From Gemmatimonadota bacterium (GTDB lineage Bacteria > Gemmatimonadota > Gemmatimonadetes > JACCXV01 > JAHWKZ01): a DNA stretch of 52,086 nucleotides. Shown piece by piece: positions 48,036 to 52,086 of this stretch. Positions within the stretch are counted from its first letter, which is position 1, and each line of letters begins with the position of its first letter. The position numbers and the translations under genes are program-made. The stretch lies in contig JAICQP010000002.1 of NCBI GenBank assembly GCA_025937815.1, positions 1 to 52,086 of the forward strand. Reading direction: 5' to 3'. The notes beneath the pieces are model-generated. The model was given only the letters and a program-made list of their open reading frames with translations, was not told where the DNA came from and searched no databases.

Positions 48036-49034
48036 ATGAATCCGGCTCACCTCCACCTCATGCTGAACCATGTACCGCTGTTCGGAGCGCTGACGGTCAC
48101 GATCCTCTGCGGGCTGGCTCTCCTGAGGCGCCAGCAGGGCCTCGCCCGCGCCGGACTCCTGGTGGCGGTTCTCACGGCGACGGTGGGAGTCGTCGTGTAC
48201 TTGACCGGCGAACCCGCCGAGGAACTGGTCGAGGACCTGCCGGGCGTTTCCGAGGCCGTGCTCGAGACACACGAGGAGATCGCTCTCGTCGCCACTGTCG
48301 TGCTCGGCGCATTCGGCGTCCTGGCGCTCGGCGGCCTGATCGCGTTCAGGCACGGCGTCACGATGGGATTCACGCGGGCGCTTCTCGCGGCATCGTTCGT
48401 GCCACTCGCCGCAATGGCCTACACGGCATACCTGGGCGGGCAGGTCCGACACTCCGAGATCCGCCCCCGTGGCGGGAGCGGGGAGGCGCGGGAGAGCCGG
48501 GATGACGACGACGCGCTTCGCCTGGGCCCGTCGATGGCGCTCGCCGCGTCCCTGTCGCCTCTGGCCTTCGCGCGGGACACCGTGGACCTCATCCCGCCTT
48601 CCATTCTCGAAGAGCATGAGGCGCTGCGGGCCGCCCTCGAGCGGGTGAGCGACGAGCCCGGAAAGCTGGGGGAGGCCGGCCGGGCCCTGGCGGCGACCAT
48701 GGAGCCTCACTTTGCCAAGGAGGAGGAGTTGGCGCTCCCTCCGCTGGGGGTACTTCCCGCCCTAGCGGCAGGCGAGGCCGTTCCGGATCCCGCGCGCATC
48801 ATCGATCTCGCCTCGCGGCTCGAGGCCGAGCTGCCGACGATGTTGGAAGAGCACCGGGAAATCGGGGCCGCGATCGAGGTCCTCATCGAGGCGGCCAAAT
48901 CTGCGAACCGGCCACAGTACGCGGAGCTCGGAGAGGAGATCGGGCACCACGCCCGATCGGAAGAGGAGGTCACCTATCCGGCGGCGATCGTCGTCGGCCG
49001 CTACCTGCAGAGCCGTGTCGGAGTGGGCGAGTAG
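48036..49034 (+). CDS. membrane protein (4 TM, DUF2231-like) fused to a C-terminal hemerythrin-like (HHE cation-binding) domain
   Basis: ATG at 48036 is preceded by AAAGGAG. The N-terminus MNPAHLHLMLNHVPLFG plus further TM helices is followed by an acidic linker. Then come His/Glu motifs EEHEALR, EPHFAKEEE, EEHREI and GHHARSEEE, typical of hemerythrin-like four-helix bundles. Confidence 0.65.
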   Translation: MNPAHLHLMLNHVPLFGALTVTILCGLALLRRQQGLARAGLLVAVLTATVGVVVYLTGEPAEELVEDLPGVSEAVLETHEEIALVATVVLGAFGVLALGGLIAFRHGVTMGFTRALLAASFVPLAAMAYTAYLGGQVRHSEIRPRGGSGEARESRDDDDALRLGPSMALAASLSPLAFARDTVDLIPPSILEEHEALRAALERVSDEPGKLGEAGRALAATMEPHFAKEEELALPPLGVLPALAAGEAVPDPARIIDLASRLEAELPTMLEEHREIGAAIEVLIEAAKSANRPQYAELGEEIGHHARSEEEVTYPAAIVVGRYLQSRVGVGE

Positions 49035-49043
49035 CGGGGCCTT

Positions 49044-50771
49044 CTAGGACGGTTGACGCCGCTGCCAGGCGCGCCAGCCGAGCCACGCGGCGAGCAGAAC
49101 GGCCAGGACCATGACCGGGCCGGTGAACAGCATGAACATCGTGCGCCGGCCGGTGGCGCGCGCGTCCCGGAGCTGGTGCTCCTCGTCCCGCAGTCGCGCC
49201 AGGTGACCCAGGACGTCCGCATAGCCGTACCACCACGCGTAGTCGGGGCTCATGTGGAACGCCCCCTTGTAGGATTTCAGATTCGAGAAGAAGAACATGT
49301 CGAAGTACTCGCGCTCGACGGCGGTGACGTCGTAGTAGAGTCCCGCGGGCCAGTGCGCGGCGAGGCCGCTCGGCAGCTCAACGGCGGAGAACTCGGGGCC
49401 CGGCAGTAGCCCGGCGGCTCGCCACCCGTGGCTCGGCTCGATCAGCCCGTCGTCGTAGAGCGCGGCCAGGATGTCCCGCGCTTCGATGACGAGCGCGTCC
49501 CCGGCGAGCTTGTGCGCGTCGGCCGACCGCAGGTAGCCGCGGGCCTTGTCCTCGGAGTGGCAGGTCATGCACACCCGCACCATCTCGAACCGCTTCGCCC
49601 GGTTCTCCGGCTGGTCGAGGATGTCGGTCAGCTCGCCGCCCGCGGCCTGCGTCCCCATCCCCCACACGATCTTCCGACTCATGTTGTGGCTCGAGTAGCG
49701 CGACCCGTCCTCTCGCACGTAGACCATGTGGCAGTAGGCGCAGGTCGGCGCGTCCCACTGGGCCTCGGCGAGCGGCGCGGTCCAGTCCCACTCGGCGCCG
49801 CGCGCGACGTAGATCGACCCGTGCTTCGAGCTCATGTAGGCCTCGTAGTTGGGGTGATCGGGGCCCATGTGGCAGGTGTAGCACGCCTCGGGCTTGCGCG
49901 CCTCGACGAGATTGAAGGAGTGCCGCGTGTGGCAGGCGATGCAGCCGTTGCGATAGACGAGGCTGCTCGTGTCGATGTACTTCTGCTGCTCCTCGCTCCA
50001 GTACTCCGCGTCGGACGCCCCGGCCTGCGCGTGGCACGGATCGCAGCCCATCTCCATGACCTTGCGCGGCATCTGCGCGTAGTTCGGCACGCCGATGTTC
50101 CGCTCCCAGTTGATGCCCAGGTCGCCCGGACCGGGACCGTAGGAGTGGCCGGCGTCCAGCACGTGCTCCTGGTAGATCTGAGCGTGACAGCCGGCGCACG
50201 TCGTCTCGGGAACGCGCCCCTGTGAGGCCATGATCTTGTCGTGGTCGGTGCCGTGGCAATCGGCGCAGGTCATGGTCGGGCGCTGCTCGACGCGCGGATT
50301 CTGTGCGCCGGGCCTGCCCATCGCGCTCGATTCGAACTGGCGGACCACCGTCGCGTGGAGCCCGCGATGGCATTCCGCGCAGGTCGCCGGATCCTGGACC
50401 CCGCTCGGCAGGTCGGCGCGGAGGCGAGGCAGGTCGCGCGGGAGGTCCTGCAGATACTCGTGGATCTCCTCGGCGTCCTCCTCGCTGACGACCTCCTCGG
50501 GGAACGCGGGCATGATGTCGCGGGGATGTCGAATCTGACCGAGGAACGCGTCGATGGGCAGCGGCGTCCCGGCGAGCGCGGGGCCTACACCCCCGCGCCC
50601 GCTGGCGCCGTGACAGCCCATACAGCCACGCGAGATGTAGAGCCGCTCGCCGGAGTCCTCATCGTCGTCGCGGTCCTGGGCCAGCGCCCCGGACGCGGCG
50701 AGGAGCGTCAGGCAGACGATCGAGAATCCGATTCGAGAGAATCCGCCACTCTGCTTCCTCGCCGGCTCCAC
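49044..50771 (-). CDS. hao: hydroxylamine-oxidoreductase-family octahaem cytochrome c fused to an N-terminal monohaem class I cytochrome c and a C-terminal TM anchor
   Basis: Nine CxxCH motifs: CMGCH, CAECH, CADCH, CAGCH, CDPCH, CIACH, CYTCH, CAYCH, CMTCH. Strong by-eye similarity to Nitrosomonas HAO around CIACHTRHSF...RKPEACYTCH...YMSSKHG...APTCAYCHM...CMTCHSE. The N-terminal domain has CMGCH...DIMPAF (Met ligand). The C-terminus MFMLFTGPVMVLAVLLAAWLGW is a TM helix. GTG at 50771 is 12 nt after the nirK stop. Confidence 0.88.
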   Translation of the reverse strand: MEPARKQSGGFSRIGFSIVCLTLLAASGALAQDRDDDEDSGERLYISRGCMGCHGASGRGGVGPALAGTPLPIDAFLGQIRHPRDIMPAFPEEVVSEEDAEEIHEYLQDLPRDLPRLRADLPSGVQDPATCAECHRGLHATVVRQFESSAMGRPGAQNPRVEQRPTMTCADCHGTDHDKIMASQGRVPETTCAGCHAQIYQEHVLDAGHSYGPGPGDLGINWERNIGVPNYAQMPRKVMEMGCDPCHAQAGASDAEYWSEEQQKYIDTSSLVYRNGCIACHTRHSFNLVEARKPEACYTCHMGPDHPNYEAYMSSKHGSIYVARGAEWDWTAPLAEAQWDAPTCAYCHMVYVREDGSRYSSHNMSRKIVWGMGTQAAGGELTDILDQPENRAKRFEMVRVCMTCHSEDKARGYLRSADAHKLAGDALVIEARDILAALYDDGLIEPSHGWRAAGLLPGPEFSAVELPSGLAAHWPAGLYYDVTAVEREYFDMFFFSNLKSYKGAFHMSPDYAWWYGYADVLGHLARLRDEEHQLRDARATGRRTMFMLFTGPVMVLAVLLAAWLGWRAWQRRQPS

Positions 50772-50783
50772 GCCCTCAAGCTA

Positions 50784-51824
50784 TCAATGTCCCATTCCCG
50801 CGGCGAGTTCGACGCCCCCGACCTGGAGAACGCCGACGGCGCCCTTGTCGGCGTCGGCGAAGGCATGGGTCACGAATGCATACGCCCCGGCGCCGCTCGC
50901 ACCCTCCTCGAACACGGTCTCGAACACAGCCCCACCGCCCGCAGGGACGCCGTACGTCTGAACGCCCGTCAGCGCGTGCGCCGGATCGCCATCCGGGTAC
51001 ACGCGATCGAACACCGCGCCCACAACGTGGAACTCGCTCGACAGGTTCGGGCCGGCGTTCACCACGAAGAACCGCACGCGATCCCCCACATCGGCTGTCA
51101 GCGGATGATCCTTGTACTGGAACGCCTTCCCGTTGAACACCACGTAGCTCGCGTCACGCGAGCGGGCGGCCTCGTAATCCGGTCCTGCCGGCACGTCCGC
51201 TCCCCCCGGGGCGATCTCGGTCTCCCCCGCGGCGGGATAGAACTCGCTCTGGATCAGAACGAACTCCTTGTCGGCTTCCGTTCCCCAACCGTCTTCTGGA
51301 TCGACGACGATAGCCAGGTACATGCCCTGCATGATGTGGAGCAGCACCGGTGGGGTGCCGCAGTGGACCATGAACGCGCCCGGGTCCTTCGCCACGAACT
51401 CGAAGGTGAGTTCCTCGTTCGGACCGATCGTCCGGAACGCCTCGTTCATCGGGATCCGCGCCGAGTGGAGGTCGATCGAGTGGCCCATCGGGGATTCGTT
51501 GACCAGCGTGATGCGCACCGTGTCGCCCTGGCGGACCCGCAGGACCGGGCCCGGTACCGTGCCGCCGAACGTCCAGCCCTCGTACGTCACTCCGTCCGCG
51601 ATCTCGATCGTCTCGTGCGTCATCGGGATACGGAACTCCTTGATGCGCGCAGCCGATGGCTTCGGTGCCGTGGCGTCGAACGCCGGCACGAGGGCGGTTC
51701 GCACCGCTCCGAAGTCGATTGCCTCCACGGCGGCGCCCCCGCGGCGCGCCGCCGTCATGGCGACCCCTGCGACTACCGTCGCGGACAGAGCCGCCGTTAC
51801 CCATACCGCTCTCCGTACAGACAT
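50784..51824 (-). CDS. nirK: copper-containing nitrite reductase (NirK-type two-domain cupredoxin)
   Basis: T1/T2 Cu ligand contexts GHSIDLH (HxxDxH), HCGTPPVLLHIMQGM (H-C-x8-H-x4-M), FHVVGAVFD and THAF. Signal peptide MSVRRAVWVTAALSATVVAGVA. ATG at 51824 is preceded by GGAGGAATCG. Confidence 0.88.
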   Translation of the reverse strand: MSVRRAVWVTAALSATVVAGVAMTAARRGGAAVEAIDFGAVRTALVPAFDATAPKPSAARIKEFRIPMTHETIEIADGVTYEGWTFGGTVPGPVLRVRQGDTVRITLVNESPMGHSIDLHSARIPMNEAFRTIGPNEELTFEFVAKDPGAFMVHCGTPPVLLHIMQGMYLAIVVDPEDGWGTEADKEFVLIQSEFYPAAGETEIAPGGADVPAGPDYEAARSRDASYVVFNGKAFQYKDHPLTADVGDRVRFFVVNAGPNLSSEFHVVGAVFDRVYPDGDPAHALTGVQTYGVPAGGGAVFETVFEEGASGAGAYAFVTHAFADADKGAVGVLQVGGVELAAGMGH

Positions 51825-51987
51825 CGATTCCTCCAGCCGTGGATGAGAATGCATTTCAACCATGGGCCGGAACCTAGGAAGGCCGGAGCCTCGATGGTGT
51901 CGGGACCGTGTCGGAGCGTGGGGTAGGAGTCTGGCACCGCCGCTGTGGGGAAAGGCCCTACGGGCGAGGCGAGGGCGAAGGGGAGCA

Positions 51988-52086
51988 TGGCGGGAACGTG
52001 TGGGAATCGAACCCACCCCGGGCGCGACGTGCGCGCCCGATGACGGTTTTGAAGACCGCAGGGGCCACCAGACCCCTTCCGCTCCC
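51988..52086 (-). tRNA. selC: tRNA-Sec (anticodon UCA)
   Basis: 99 nt on the minus strand. Acceptor GGGAGCG(G)/(A)CGTTCCC followed by G-CCA. 6-bp D-stem GGGGTC/GGCCCC with a 4-nt loop. Anticodon stem GCGGT/ACCGT with loop CTTCAAA (TCA). Long variable arm GGGCGCG-CACGT-CGCGCCC. T-arm GTGGG-TTCGATT-CCCAC. The 5' end coincides with the window end. Confidence 0.85.

Noticed and set aside
47310-52016. Possible selenoprotein genes (in-frame TGA joining two same-frame ORFs) near selC.
   Set aside because: nirK, hao, the hemerythrin fusion and the neighbouring genes read through as complete proteins with Cys, not gaps, at their catalytic and ligand positions. I found no pair of same-frame ORFs split by a single TGA with family continuity. 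This was a visual check only and is not exhaustive.

Overview
This is a very GC-rich bacterial chromosomal window, roughly 70% G+C by eye (not computed). It is densely packed with about 52 protein genes and one tRNA. Most genes are on the minus strand, and many are joined by 1-4 nt start/stop overlaps. I saw no CRISPR array, rRNA, transposase or integrase. Lineage cannot be assigned from the sequence alone; the gene content would fit a Gemmatimonadota-like high-GC organism, but that is only an inference. Most of the content is housekeeping: ctp, tmk, trxA, clpB, nadE, gatCAB, serS, uvrD, recG, ftsY, murI. Several loci stand out.

1. A 48-aa ORF missing from the supplied track carries a textbook lasso-peptide leader (YxxPxLxxxGxxxxxT). 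It sits next to an N-terminally truncated asparagine-synthetase-like PP-loop enzyme. There is no B-protein/RRE, and the core has no Asp/Glu at positions 7-9.
2. A nirK gene sits 12 nt upstream of a hydroxylamine-oxidoreductase-family gene with 9 CxxCH motifs. That gene fuses a cytochrome c domain, an octahaem domain and a C-terminal membrane anchor. A hemerythrin-membrane fusion and a His-rich 4-TM protein lie next to it.
3. A polyphosphate locus has the order ppx, two tandem thymidylate-kinase-like paralogues (one with a K-to-R P-loop), ppk2.
4. tRNA-Sec (anticodon UCA) lies at the right edge.
5. gatC-gatA and gatB are separated by a class III cyclase/TPR gene and a SnoaL-like gene.
6. An inositol-1-phosphate synthase is translationally coupled to a CDP-alcohol phosphatidyltransferase.
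7. The glutamine-dependent NAD synthetase is split into two genes.

All homology calls come from reading the translations. No database search was run.
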